64,000 nucleotides of DNA, from contig NMRA01000068.1 of the NCBI GenBank assembly GCA_002633005.1, forward strand, positions 823,092-887,091, read 5' to 3'. Positions 12,735 to 25,354 of this stretch are shown piece by piece. Source of the DNA: Phoronis australis (lineage: Eukaryota > Animalia > Phoronida). The translations under genes were made by a program, and so were the position numbers. Within the stretch, counting starts at the first letter, position 1; each line of letters starts with the position of its first letter. The notes under the pieces were generated by a model, which did no database searches, was not told the DNA's origin, and saw nothing but the letters and a program-made list of their open reading frames with translations.

Positions 12735-15437
12735 GTATAGCAACAATGACGTCGCATTATCACGTGCTACGGTGTTATTGTTGAACAATTTCCTGACGTC
12801 ATGAAACAATCAAACTTATCCTGCGGATAACATTGAAGTTTTATGCAACCCAGCCCAAAAGAAAAAACTGACCATGGTAAAATGAGCGGATTGAGATGCA
12901 ATTCACGCCAAAACCAAAAATCTAGGACATGCCGAAAAAGTGAAATTTCATTATCCCATATTTTCAATACAAGGAGCTTTGTGCACATTTTTAAAAAGCT
13001 TTATACCATAGGTACAATTCTTAGAAATTACGGGGCACCTATAACAATATTAAAAACTTAAAAGCCTCTGAAAAGTGAAAGATTAATTTTGGCAATTATT
13101 TTTTCATTGCAACAGGCATTTTTCAGGCTTGTCTTCACGATAAGACGGTAGAGACTTGTGCAAAGATTTGATTTATGAAATATGACCCACAGAAATTCTC
13201 CTGTCTGATTTTGTAAGGTAAAAACTAACGCCAGAATGACATTTCTAGCTATCTCCTGGGAAAAGAACATGCGAAATTGTGTCATTTGATCACATTTTGT
13301 AGAAATAACCTTGAACATAATTTTCATTTTAGATGCTACTGTTTACCTGGAAAATCAAGTTTTATCCACCAGAGACATGTTTGAAAAACAATGCAATGAA
13401 AGGGCTCACTTGGTGAAATTGACTGAACAGATGACAATGACAATGATGATGGGGATGAACATGATGATAACCATCACATAACGAATGAAGATGCCAGAAA
13501 TGAGTAAGAAACAAACTCTTGTTCAATAGAAAGTAAACCAACAAAAGTGCAGCAAAAATCAGTCAACAAAGGAACAGTGTCATCAGAAAATCTTGAATAA
13601 TTCAAAAAAGAGGCATCCTAACGAAAAATGGAAAAATTTCCTGAAAGCCCGTAGTAATCCTCAGAGAATCCACACGCAAATATTCACGTCATTTGCTTTT
13701 CCCATTCAAAAAAATCAAGCACAACTGAAAATTAATGAAAATGCATCAGATGTGCCATTTTGAAAACAAATTCCGTTTGAGCACCACAAAATAGGTACTA
13801 ACAGGAAACTAATACCACACATGAAATTTTTCGAAGCAACTGGTTTTACAATGCGCGGTCTAAAGGTCAAAACGTTTCCGTCCTAAAATCGAGATGCCCA
13901 AACACATTGCCCGATATTTCTGCCATCTTTAACTGGAAGTGAATGATTTAAGACAGGTCTGTAGTACACGTCTGCTAAAATAATAGAACCCCTCTTCAGC
14001 CATGTACGTCAAAAATTGCGACCTCTTCGAGCATTTGAATACTAATTCGAAAACAAAATGGCCACCACACCCGCCATCTTGAATCTAATCATGATGAAAA
14101 ACAACAGGGTTCCAGCTATTCCAGTATAAGAGGTTGTGTCGGACAAAAAACGGGACGTGTAGAGTGCAAACAAACAAATAAAACAAGGGAAAAACTTAGT
14201 GTCAGAGCAACATACTTGGCGAAACATTTCTCCAAGTAATAAAAGTTTAACTTATTAGGAGACAAGTGTAATGTTTAAGTGGCTTATCTACCAGTTCAGA
14301 CTAGATGCCCCACACCAAAACTTTCCGATGTGAAACACTGAAACAATAACGGCCTGTTGCACAGCACACTACATTGAGCCAAGACTTTGTAAAGTAAATC
14401 AATTTCAAGGAAATACCTATATCTGGACTGCCAGCTGATGTTATGATTTTTTGTCTGCTTGGGTTTGTCAATTATAAAAAGCAGCTGATGCATGAGAAAG
14501 GCCAAATTAATGCTGGAGTGGTAAGTGACAACAATAGCTTGTGGCTTAGCAATAAAATGACAGGAATGTGCAGATTTGCCAAGTTGCATTATTCACAGGA
14601 TCAGTTCATGTACACAAACACACAAAAAACGGCAAGGGAACAAAACACAACACGAGGGGTTCCTAAACAGCATGTAGACATTCAATCAACAGTCAGAGCT
14701 AAGGGAATTCCTGAGGAGTACATGATGACTACTAGCAAATGTAACTGTCCCCCCAAATGACTTCTCAAACCAAGCAAAGAATTAGCGTTCTTCACAACTG
14801 AAAACCCAAACGACTCGTCTTGAAAGTGCGCAAATACCAACAGATGTGCAGAAACCGACGTTCTCAGAACAGTGTATAAGTACTTGCAATTTCACTACCT
14901 GAAGTGCACGTTTACACACCTCTTTTCTCTCAATAAAATGCACAGCCACAAAAATGTCAGTGCCACAGTCTGGATAAACAAAACATTGAAGTCTGAACAG
15001 TTATCATGAATCTCAGTAAAATATTCACTCTCAGCGAGGTAAAAACCTGCCTCTTAAAGAAGCAATACGGTAACGCGTGTTTCGTCGAAGAAACCAACTC
15101 TTGATTCAGACCCATTTGCCACTATAAAATTTCTCTCTACTTATTTCTTACTCAAATTAGAGGTGATTTTAGGTCTTACAAAAAACCGACAGTTATTGCT
15201 CACGACCATGCTCCATGAATAAAATGACACACTGTGGCATGTCAATTACAGAGCCTTGTCTCCAGGAAAAGCAGACTGTCAGTTTTTTCAAGCCCAAAAA
15301 ACACCTATTTTGACTAACACACAATGTGAGGCCAATTTCATAATGGCAAGAGATTTGAATCAAAAAGATGTTCTTTGTGACAGAAGGTGGGTTATTAGCC
15401 GCTTTAATCAGTGATACCATCATCAACTAAAACATAC

Positions 15438-15588
15438 CTTGCTTAATTTTTCCCCTTCGTGGTGAGGCAGAAGAGAGCGTAACATTTGAAAGCCAGTGTT
15501 GATACTCTGCATCCGGCGACGTTCATTACTGTTCGCTATTTCCCGCCTCATTCGTTTCTCATTCTCTAGTTGTATCTTTGGGGAAGCC
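15438..15588 (-). CDS. TFAP4: TFAP4 exon 2 (basic region + helix 1 + loop)
   Basis: Not in the ORF track. ttttcag|GGCT ... AAG|gtatgt, 151 nt, translating ASPKIQLENEKRMRREIANSNERRRMQSINTGFQMLRSLLPHHEGEKLSK, the AP-4 bHLH signature. Confidence 0.97.
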
Positions 15589-16167
15589 CTGAAAATTGGA
15601 AAGTGATTAAGAAATCAGCTTTTAACTTCAAAAAGTAAAAGTGCTACCAAGCTAAAAATAAAACACAATAAAAAGACAAGATTGCTGTCATCACTGGCAA
15701 CTGGCTCTTAGGTGCGTTTACAAAGAATCCTGCCTCTTTTATTTAGTACCAGGTGTTGTTTTGGGAAGAAAATGGTGATTGTAGGCAAAATGCCTAATGA
15801 TCAGCTGGGACTAAATATGTCAGCAACCACCAACATTTTTTGACTGATAAGAGTCAGATGTCAGACTCTTGTTTTGATCAACCATGCCATGAAATACTAC
15901 AATCAATACAGGTCAGCCAGACAAGCAGTGTAACTGGGTTTGAGAATTAGATGTTGGAAAGTAGCCAAGAAAGTATGAACCATGTCTGAGATTGTTTTTG
16001 AATAACACAACAAGTTAATACAGAGGACAAATAGTCAAGAAGCAATAAAATTGCACCTGTTAATGGGGGAAAATTGTACCTTTGGTCAAAAGTAACTCTT
16101 GATTTAGGCCAGTTATTATAAATCCATCTTAATCTTATCCCTTACTCAGATCAGAAATGGTTTCTTG

Positions 16168-16798
16168 AGGCCCTTTCATACTGACTTATAACCAAGATCT
16201 GAGCTGAGCGTTGACACAAACTGCGAAGTTAACTGAACCGTTCATACTGGCTTCGGTAGTTAACGGACATCGACCGTGGGTGATGCTGTTGACATTGAAG
16301 TAATCACAGGGTAGCACTGTTGCACCGTGCATACACAAATTTTTTTTATGTGACAATTTGAGAACAAATAGATGTTGTAATTGACATAAAACTTATTTCT
16401 AATTCCATTGATGACTATTCGAGCAACACATCAGCAACTGAGACTATGTATATTACTGGGTTCAGTTAAGTGAAGAATACTGTGAGATATGGACGAAACG
16501 GCTGTACACTTACCACATCAAGGTACGGTTATTTGGTTTGAAAAGGGATCTTAACTTAGTATTTTCATGTAAGCAACTATCACCGGTGGCACTGCCCTTT
16601 AATTGTTGACGATAACTTCGATGGGACTGAAGTTGACCATTCATAGTGCAACGCAGCATCAATGCTCCGCTGTTAAATCCACTTGTTTACTATGAAGTAA
16701 CTGGCTCTATAAACGTCGAACCAGGACCGAAGCTAACCATTCATACTGATTTTAACTCCCCAAAAGATAGACACGTTGACTTAAGTACGAAAAGGCCT
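16168..16798. mobile_element. PIF/Harbinger-like MITE in TFAP4 intron 1
   Basis: Imperfect TIRs AGGCCCTTTCATACT / AGTACGAAAAGGCCT, with internal repeats of TTCATACTG / TTCATAGTG. Confidence 0.6.
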
Positions 16799-18248
16799 TT
16801 GGTCAAAACGATATTTTCTATTTTTTGGCTTTAACAAATAAAAGAATGCATTGACATGTCTTTGATAAACCAAATAAGCCCAAACAGAAAATCGGATATT
16901 GTTAATAACAGCTTGAACATGTACAATCTTTTGCTTTTTTACAGTTAGTCAAGAAAGAACAAGCAATCATGTAACTGACATCTAATTTATTTATTCCACA
17001 GCCCATTGCACTTCAAGTTGTCTGATCACCAGAGCTGTGTAGTATCCAAGTCGGAGATTACTTGTTTTACAACTGAGCTGAACAGCTGTCTAATCTGCAA
17101 GAGGCAGCCATAGCAAGCCATTAATGCAGTCTGCTTGGCACCTTGCCAGCAAGATCTTGTGATTAACACATTAGCATAACAGACAGCAGACACATCAGCT
17201 AGACCAGAAAACAAGGAGTTAAACAATATATGCCTCCAAAATGATAGTGAACTTTAAATTTCAACAAGCAATAAAAAAATCTGAGGATGAGGCATAACGG
17301 TACATATAAAATTTTCTTAAGTATTCATCAATCCACACCATTTGATAATTTAATTGTTTCATTGCAACACTATATTAGCTAACCATCAATGACAGTAAGG
17401 CAAGCTAAAATACAAAATTATTTTTGGTTCAAATTCATGCATTCCAAGTTTCACAGGTACAATTAGTAGCTGCATTTTGCAAATGAGCAAGGACACAAAA
17501 CACCCTTTTATCCAAGTATTTTGGGAGATTTTTTTCGCAAATCTTGAAAATTTATTACCTGAATGCAAAAATTGCATGATAATTATCAAGGCAAATTTTG
17601 TGTAAAAACATGATTTTTCCACAATTATGAAAAAAAAATCGGCAATTCTCACAACATATAAACTCACAAAATGCTCCAGAATACAAATCGAACCCATAAG
17701 ATACATAATATTTGCACATGCAACAAAATTTGTAATCTTTTATCTTTATACACCACTCACTGATTTAACCTGTGTGGCACTTTGTTTTGCACCAACTTTG
17801 AAGACCTGTGTTTTTACTGAACAGTCTGCCATGACGCCTTTTGTTAAAACCGAAACTAAACCGCTGCAAGCGAAACACTTATTTAAAAATACATACAACT
17901 GATAAAAAACTTGTAGTTAGTGAATTAACATTCTCCAAACATCAAATAACAATGTCTGTTGCATGATATTGGACGAAATCAGCTGACTCACACCACGCCG
18001 TGCTATTGTTTGTTTGCACACAAAGGGCCATGTGACCGCAAAATTACTATGAAAATTCAGAGAGAATGACACTTACAAAACCAGCTTGGCATCAAAACAG
18101 ACTCGAAGGAAGCTTAATGTATTAACAACAGAATGCATTTAAATAAAAATGAGAGCAAAATATTTCGTATTTTTGAGAAATTTAGCAAGAACATGACACC
18201 GACAATGCGTAGTAAAATTGTGCATATTGAATGAGCTCATGGCCGTAC

Positions 18249-18337
18249 CTGCAAATTCCATCCAGAACTTCTTGCTGACTGAGTTCAAAATCCTCAATTA
18301 TACGTCGCTTTTCTCCAGCCCTGTGATAGAATGACAT
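18249..18337 (-). CDS. TFAP4: TFAP4 exon 1 (coding part)
   Basis: ATG at 18337, MSFYHRAGEKRRIIEDFELSQQEVLDGIC + AG|gtacgg. Phase 2 matches exon 2. EVLDGIC resembles the vertebrate AP-4 N-terminal EVIGGLC. Confidence 0.82.
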
Positions 18338-18439
18338 ATTTACTTCAGTTTCACAATAAAATAAGATATGTCTACACAACTTTTCGGTCAAGATTTTGTA
18401 ATAATCCAACGATATACAAAGTGCGCTTCGCTTCCCAAG

Positions 18440-18745
18440 AATGAGTAATTTTCATTGGCGGGAAACATCTGTAGGTATTTTGCAACGCTAAAATATCAAT
18501 GCGCAAAGCAAACTCGCCACTCCCAGATATCCAAAACGAATATGTTAAAAATATTTTTTAAGAAAAATGGAAAAAATATATATGACCAATTAAATTCTCA
18601 AACCTGATATTCAGATTCTAAGTCTATATTAGCTAATGCTTCATAACATGAAGTTTTATTTTCTTAAGCGCATGGTTATTTGCGTGGGTTTGTGGTCTTG
18701 TTGATATGGCGCGAGAAGAGATATAAACAATGAAGCAGCTGTGTG
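18440..18745 (-). promoter_or_regulatory. Putative TFAP4 proximal promoter
   Basis: E2F consensus TTTCCCGCCAAT overlapping a CCAAT (minus strand, 18454-18465); CAGCTG at 18736; a CACGTG E-box further upstream (~19035). Confidence 0.45.
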
Positions 18746-20639
18746 GTCGTACGTTGGGAGAAAATAGAAATCTATCGCCATAATATTAGATATCTTCATT
18801 TTGTAGCAAAGTTCAAATCCCTATGAATTTGAAAATTGAGGTTAGTTTCACATATACTTTTACTTTTTGCAAGGTGGTGCCGTTTTTTGCAACATTTATT
18901 AAACCTATGGTCGAGAAACTGAATAAGATTTCCGCATCGTCTGTTCAATGTTTGAGGATCTCGTTACCCAACACAAATGTCTGGTATGTAGACAGGGTAA
19001 TAAATTCACTTCCATATATGTCAGTGCAAATAATCACGTGGAGTTATCGAAGTGCTGTGATTGGACAGTAGAAATGGGCGCTGTCAGTGACTGAACACGT
19101 TTACGATTTACTCTGAATCGGTATGCTGCGAATGCTTGGGTACATTGCCCTAGGGCCCGTACATTGCAGTAGTTACTCTGGGCGCCCTCATTGACGTATC
19201 TGGTCTTTGAATAAGATTGGAAATTATGTTAGATTCCAGATCAGACATTTGAACAACCAGTACTTTAACTCGTTTTCGTAAGTACTATGGTTTGTTGTAT
19301 GTCAGTTTTCTACAAAAATGCTATGCTTAGAGAAAAATGGTTGATATGTTGACTTTTGACTCAACTACAAAACGAAGCCCTGCTCTATAAGCCTATTGCG
19401 TAAAATTGAACCCGCTTTCACCAAAGAATCGCACTTTTGATTTCACGACTAGAACTGATCTCAACTTAATTAATCTTCTCTCAAGTTAAAAGTGGTTTTG
19501 GGCCACGAGAGAAATTAAACAATGTACGAAATAGAGTGATGGCGAGGAAAATTGTTTCCAGGACAGTTGTCATGTAGGCATCGGTGCTAAGGATTTCTTT
19601 TTTTTTTTTTGATGGCGTCCTCTCCATCGAGAATGGTGGGAATCCTGTCATCTAGGTTTTAGATGAGAGGCGTTTGGCGTTAATCTGAGTACTGAGATAA
19701 ATCACCAGTTCGCCTATACAGGTAGACCGGCAGCCCAGAGCACTTAGCATAGATGAACGAGGTCAGGTACCAACATCTGACCATAAGAGCAATTAGAGTC
19801 CACCTCAGTATTTACAGAAATGGGCGTCTGCCGTTGTCCGCACTCTGGGTGTGACTCCTGGGGACCTTAGAAGGGGGCCAAAAATGAGATAGGTTAGATA
19901 TTCAACGTACCGACCAAAGCCGATTTAAAGCGGACAATTGTACCGCACTGAATACCGAATGACCCACTTTGGAATGGGTTCGGCTGAAATCAAAAAGGGC
20001 CCTCCCCAAAAAAATGAGCTAGCTCATACATTCCATGTGATTCAATACATGTCACTGATCACTAACTACCCCATGGCAGACAAAATACACTCTTTGTTGC
20101 GCCCGCCAGAAACCCCCAAAAATGTCAACCACTGTGTATGCCATTGAAAATTTGAGCTAGATTAGATATTCGAGGTACATGTACCAGCTAAAACTGATTT
20201 AAAACTACCAATAGTGCCGCACTGAACATCGAATGTCCCATGGCAGATAAATTGCATTCTGGTAAAGGTCCACCAGAAACCCAAAAATAACCCCCCCCCC
20301 AAAAAAAAAATGAGCTAGCTCATACATCCGAGGTACCACAAACCATGTGATTCAATACATGTCACAGTGCATTAAATACACTGAGTTGTGCCCGCCAGAA
20401 ATTTCCAAAAATCTCTACCACAGTAATGCCATTGAAAGTTGAGCTACATATTAGATATTCGAGGTACCGGCTAAAACTGTTTAAAACAAACAATCGTGCC
20501 GCAACGAACACTGGGGACCCATGGCAGACAAGTTGTCCTGTGGAGAGGGTTCGCCAGAAGCTCAAAACAACGCCCAAAAAGGAGCTAGCGCATATACATT
20601 CGAAGTACAACGATAAACAAATCCACAGTCCATTATTAC

Positions 20640-20826
20640 ACAATCGAAAGGCATTTCTCTGCCGCTCTTCAATGGTCTTGCTATCATTCCGATGACAATG
20701 TACAATAACGACCGAACCAGAAGCCCTGATCAATGCATTGCCATTTGAGTTGACTAAGTAGAAGGCAAGAAGCGTATCTGCCTCTTCATGAGAATCTTGA
20801 AGTTCCGAAGGATGATCAGCTGCCAT
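20640..20826 (-). pseudogene. XPG/FEN-like nuclease fragment of a transposon protein
   Basis: ELQDSHEEADTLLAFYLVNSNGNALIRASGSVVIV matches the HEEADT...I.V.(S.DTDV) pattern, with the second motif decayed. Confidence 0.65.
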
Positions 20827-21843
20827 GGTGCCACTGTAAGAAGGGAGAAAAAAGTTGCCGCCATGTGTTGCTGACAGCCTACAGTGCTAATTGCATCGCT
20901 CTTCAATTGCGGACTGTCCCACTTTTTTTGCCATTCCGCCACACCATCTAAATGTTTCGCGGTCTAATTGACATACTGTGATATACTATTGTAATTTCCG
21001 ACGCGACATAGCCGTATTTTCCCGCTCGACTAAAAAAGAAGAAACGGGACAGTTTCGATAGCTCATTTTTACACTAGCTGTTAGTCTTAAGCATCACTTA
21101 ATGGGTAATTGTTTTTTGCCAGTTCCTGATATCCCAAAGTTTTAGTGCTTTCAGGAGTTTTCCAATGTTTACTTTCCGCCATCATCCATTTGGCCCTCAG
21201 TGTGATGATAATACTGACTTTAAGCAAGGAGAGAGTTCAGAAGACGCGAAAGTATTACGGAAATACAAGAATTCGCCATGGACAGCAAACGAATAATGTG
21301 ATCATGCACAATACCTTCCTCATCGAAATCTTGATTCTACGAAACTCTACCAAGATTTAACCGGGATCTTTATTATCTAATATTGAACAGGCTGTACTTC
21401 GGTATCACGTTTTCCGTTATGCAAAATTGGTTAAATACAGGACACTTGTCGTTGTTGACTAGCTTTATTCCATTCCGTTCGTATCCTCGGAACAAAGTTC
21501 GAACATTCATCACAAAATTGGTAAAGTAATTGAACAAGAGACATGATTAAAAGACACACTGTATTTCAAAACATACTTGTTTCATTCTCAAGTGGAAATA
21601 AAATGACGCAGTAATACCACCACAGAGCAAAAGCTAGTAACAAACACAGTGAGACACGGCAGGTGTGAAATACTGCAAAGGATGACCAATGGAGGGGGAC
21701 AACAGGAAAGTTACACAAACAAGTGTAGCGTGCGGCGCAACCCTGTTTGATGCTCGTTCAAAACAGGCTTCTCAAAAGCAACCCCTTTTGATTGCATCCG
21801 AAAGCCCGAATGTATGAGCTAGTTCATATTTCGGGGTCCTTTT

Positions 21844-22112
21844 CAGGGGCGGATCCAGGATTTTGAGTCAGGGGGGCAGGGCACAGGAATAACCAGAATT
21901 TTGCCACATGCGCGCCCCCAGCCTAAAATGTAGGGGTCTCGAATATTTGGGTTTGTGGACCTTATTACTAAAAAAAAACGGTAAACGGGGCTTGTTCAAG
22001 GCATTGTGCATTCGCTATGCTACTCAGCAATTCGCATCCCGAACTCCAAAATAGTATCTTGGAGAATTTTAGGGAGGCCATGGTCCCCTTGGCTGCCCCC
22101 CTCCCCCCTGGC
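21844..22112. mobile_element. hAT-like MITE nested in the right arm of the Academ element
   Basis: Starts CAGGGGCGGATCCAGG...GGGGGGCAGGGC, ends GGCTGCCCCCCTCCCCCCTGG (right TIR truncated). It interrupts the arm repeat. Confidence 0.55.
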
Positions 22113-22490
22113 GGACCTTTATCAGTGTGCAGTTTGTCTGTCATGTGTCATTCGGTGTTTACTGCTGTACTAGTGTACGTTTTGAATCAGTTTTAGCTGG
22201 TACCTCGAATATCTTATCAAGCTCAAATTTTCAATGGTATACTGTGGTTGACATTTTTGTGGGTTTTTGGTTGGCACGACCCAGAGTGTATGGCGTCTGT
22301 CATGGTGCAAGCGACATGCATTGAATCACATGGGATTTTTGGTGGTACCTCGAATGTATGAGCTAGCTCATTTGGGGGGTCTTTTATGGTTTCTGGCGAA
22401 CCCATTCTAAAGTGCAATTTGCCTGTCATGAGTCATTCGGTGTTCGGTGCGGCACTATTGTCCGTTTTAAATCACTTTTGACCGATACCG

Positions 22491-24880
22491 CAGTTGTATA
22501 AAAGGGTACGTACACCACAACTTGTGGTCACAGAACCACTGCTATCATGCAAAAAATTCATAAGGTAGCTGTTCATGTAATAAGTTCTTGACCAAATTGA
22601 ATAAGTGTCACATTCTTAAGTAAGAAAAGTTATTACTGTGCTGACCAAGTTGTTCTAATTGATTATACATTGCATAGATTAACACAGTATAATGAGAACT
22701 TCTCTTGCGATATTCTTACAAAAAGAAATGACAAGTAACTACTTTTTTCAAAAACTTTATCGGTGTTATTTGCCTAGTATTCAACACAGTTGGTCAAAAT
22801 AGTTAAAGCAATACTAGAACCAGTGTTCAACTTGTAAACAGTAAAAATGGTACTGGTTGTTGGGGTACGTACACTACGCACAGTCAATCAACGTCAAATT
22901 TTGACTAAGTTACAAATGTATGGGATGGTCTCGAGTTTTGTGCTGCCTCTACTAGTTGTTTTATTGCAAGTTGTCTTGAGAGATAGAGAACCCGCCTCTG
23001 CAACATCAGTTGTCACGTAACGTGTCTTCTAGGATTTTGCTAGCCAAGTCCTGTGTGGCATTTTTTTGCCCACAAATTTGATAACGTCCATTGTTTTTTT
23101 TTGTCAGACTGGATGCATTCTTGAAATATCAGTATTGTTCATGAGAACAGCAGTACGTAAAAATACTTGCTGGCAATACTTTATAGCACAAAGGTTGAAA
23201 GTACGTACACCACACAGGAGTACGTGCATTACATTTCAATGACTTGTCAGGTTTATAAAAAATACTTAGGATCTACTCAGAGTTACGTCATTTACCAAAT
23301 CTATTCAAAGAGAACAAATAAATAGTACATCATAAAGGCGTATATCTGNCTTACAAAAAGAAATGACAAGTAACTACTTTTTTCAAAAACTTTATCGGTG
23401 TTATTTGCCTAGTATTCAACACAGTTGGTCAAAATAGTTAAAGCAATACTAGAACCAGTGTTCAACTTGTAAACAGTAAAAATGGTACTGGTTGTTGGGG
23501 TACGTACACTACGCACAGTCAATCAACGTCAAATTTTGACTAAGTTACAAATGTATGGGATGGTCTCGAGTTTTGTGCTGCCTCTACTAGTTGTTTTATT
23601 GCAAGTTGTCTTGAGAGATAGAGAACCCGCCTCTGCAACATCAGTTGTCACGTAACGTGTCTTCTAGGATTTTGCTAGCCAAGTCCTGTGTGGCATTTTT
23701 TTGCCCACAAATTTGATAACGTCCATTGTTTTTTTTTTGTTAGACTGGATGCATTCTTGAAATATCAGTATTGTTCATGAGAACAGCAGTACGTAAAAAT
23801 ACTTGCTGGCAATACTTTATAGCACAAAGGTTGAAAGTACGTACACCACACAGGAGTACGTACATTACATTTCAATGACTTGTCAGGTTTATAAAAAATA
23901 CTTAGGATCCACTCAGAGACTTAAACTAAACCAATTCAAAGAGAAAAAATAAAAAGCATAACATTCACGTGAATATCTGCCATACTTTGAAAATGAGTAC
24001 AAATTAAAATATGGTAGTACGTACACTACACAGATGCAAATATTTCACTCAAAACAACTGTATTTACAATAAACACCCTTTTAACCTAACATTTTAAGGA
24101 AGGAAATTGTCTATGACCAATTTTGCTCACTTACCAAATGTTTTTTTAATTTCATGGCATTTGTAAACATGGGGGTACGTACACTACAAAAGGGGGTGTG
24201 TACACTACATCACTGTTTCTGCATCACATAGTAACATAATGTTGTATGGCAATTTATTTTTCTTTGGTGATGGTAATAAGCACCATGTTGTTATTTAAAA
24301 AGCAATGACCATTTGTATTACTGAATTCCACATGGGGTTACGTACACTACATTTTGCTAGCCTTTTTGGCCAACATAGCAGAACCCATTCAATATCCAAA
24401 CTTTTGGTTTGTTTAGATATTGAATAATTTGCTGTGTTGCCTAGGCTAACATATGCTGCAGTTCTTTTTATGACCGACTGTGAACTTTAGTTTTTAACCT
24501 TCTTTACAGTAGGTGAAGGTTAGAAACACAGAATTTACAAATTTCGTAACAAGTGCCTGTTTTATGAACCCTACCACTTCTCAATGATTAAGCACAACTT
24601 CATCTAAGTGATTCTGAAAGTGACGCAAGTTATTCCCAGTCATATCAAAGCGTTTGATTACTTAATAACATAATTTTCTTTTCTACTGTTGTCTGTAATT
24701 TTTAAAATGGCCACTCGTTACGCTAAAAATGCATGGAATTCATAAACAAAAACATGCATAAATTGCTCAAACATTGATGATTCTTTTTTCATTTGCACAA
24801 CTAAATAATTCTTTGCATATGAGATTCAGTTGGCATTTGGTAAGAAACAAAAAAAAATTATTTTAGACCGTAACACAGTC
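22491..24880. mobile_element. Unclassified repeat insertion with a reiterated GTACGTACAC(T/C)AC motif; includes a probable assembly duplication
   Basis: Motif recurs at ~22506, 22865, 23201, 23500, 23838, 24017, 24176 and 24339. The segment splits the Academ right arm from its terminal TIR. Confidence 0.5.
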
Positions 24881-25354
24881 AACTCTCGAAGATAGACCTT
24901 GATTGTGATTTAGCCGATGTTCAGTTGTTGGTACCTCGTTTATCTGTGCTAAGTGCTCTGGGCAGCCGCTCTAAGGGTCCCTTGGGGTGGTGGTCATATG
25001 AAGTGGGAGGCGCAATCGATCAGTTTGGTCATTAGTCCTCGTTGTGCACCGCGTACTTTCTTCGCTTTGCCAGTTGTGGGTCCATCTTCGCACAACTCAC
25101 GGCAGAACTAGCAGTGAGACTATGCTCGGCGCAGCGGAATGACTTGCCGTAACAAGCCTACTATAGTGATCTAATGAGGCTACAATCTCAAGCAAAGATT
25201 AACTGCACACTGTTCCACTAATGAGTTCCAAGATCTGAAGTCATAGGCTGACTTGAGCCGAGTAGAGACCTAAGGAACAAGACGAAACCATATAGGCACG
25301 TGTATGCAAGTAAAACAAAAGTGGTTTTTAACCGAAGCAAGGCTGACCTGTTAA

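Larger units (their letters stand above)
19723..24973. mobile_element. Academ (AcademX-like) internally deleted DNA transposon with long repetitive inverted arms
   Basis: Termini TAGACCGGCAGCCCAGAGCACTTAGCA... / ...TGCTAAGTGCTCTGGGCAGCCGCTCTA; 3-bp TSD AGG (19720-19722, 24974-24976). Arms ~19880-20610 and ~21810-22490 are diverged inverted copies. Internal HEEADT coding remnant. Confidence 0.75.

Noticed and set aside
22715-23917. ~565-bp near-perfect direct duplication (22715-~23280 vs 23350-~23917)
   Set aside because: The copies are joined by a single N at 23349, typical of an unmerged contig or haplotype overlap rather than a real tandem duplication.
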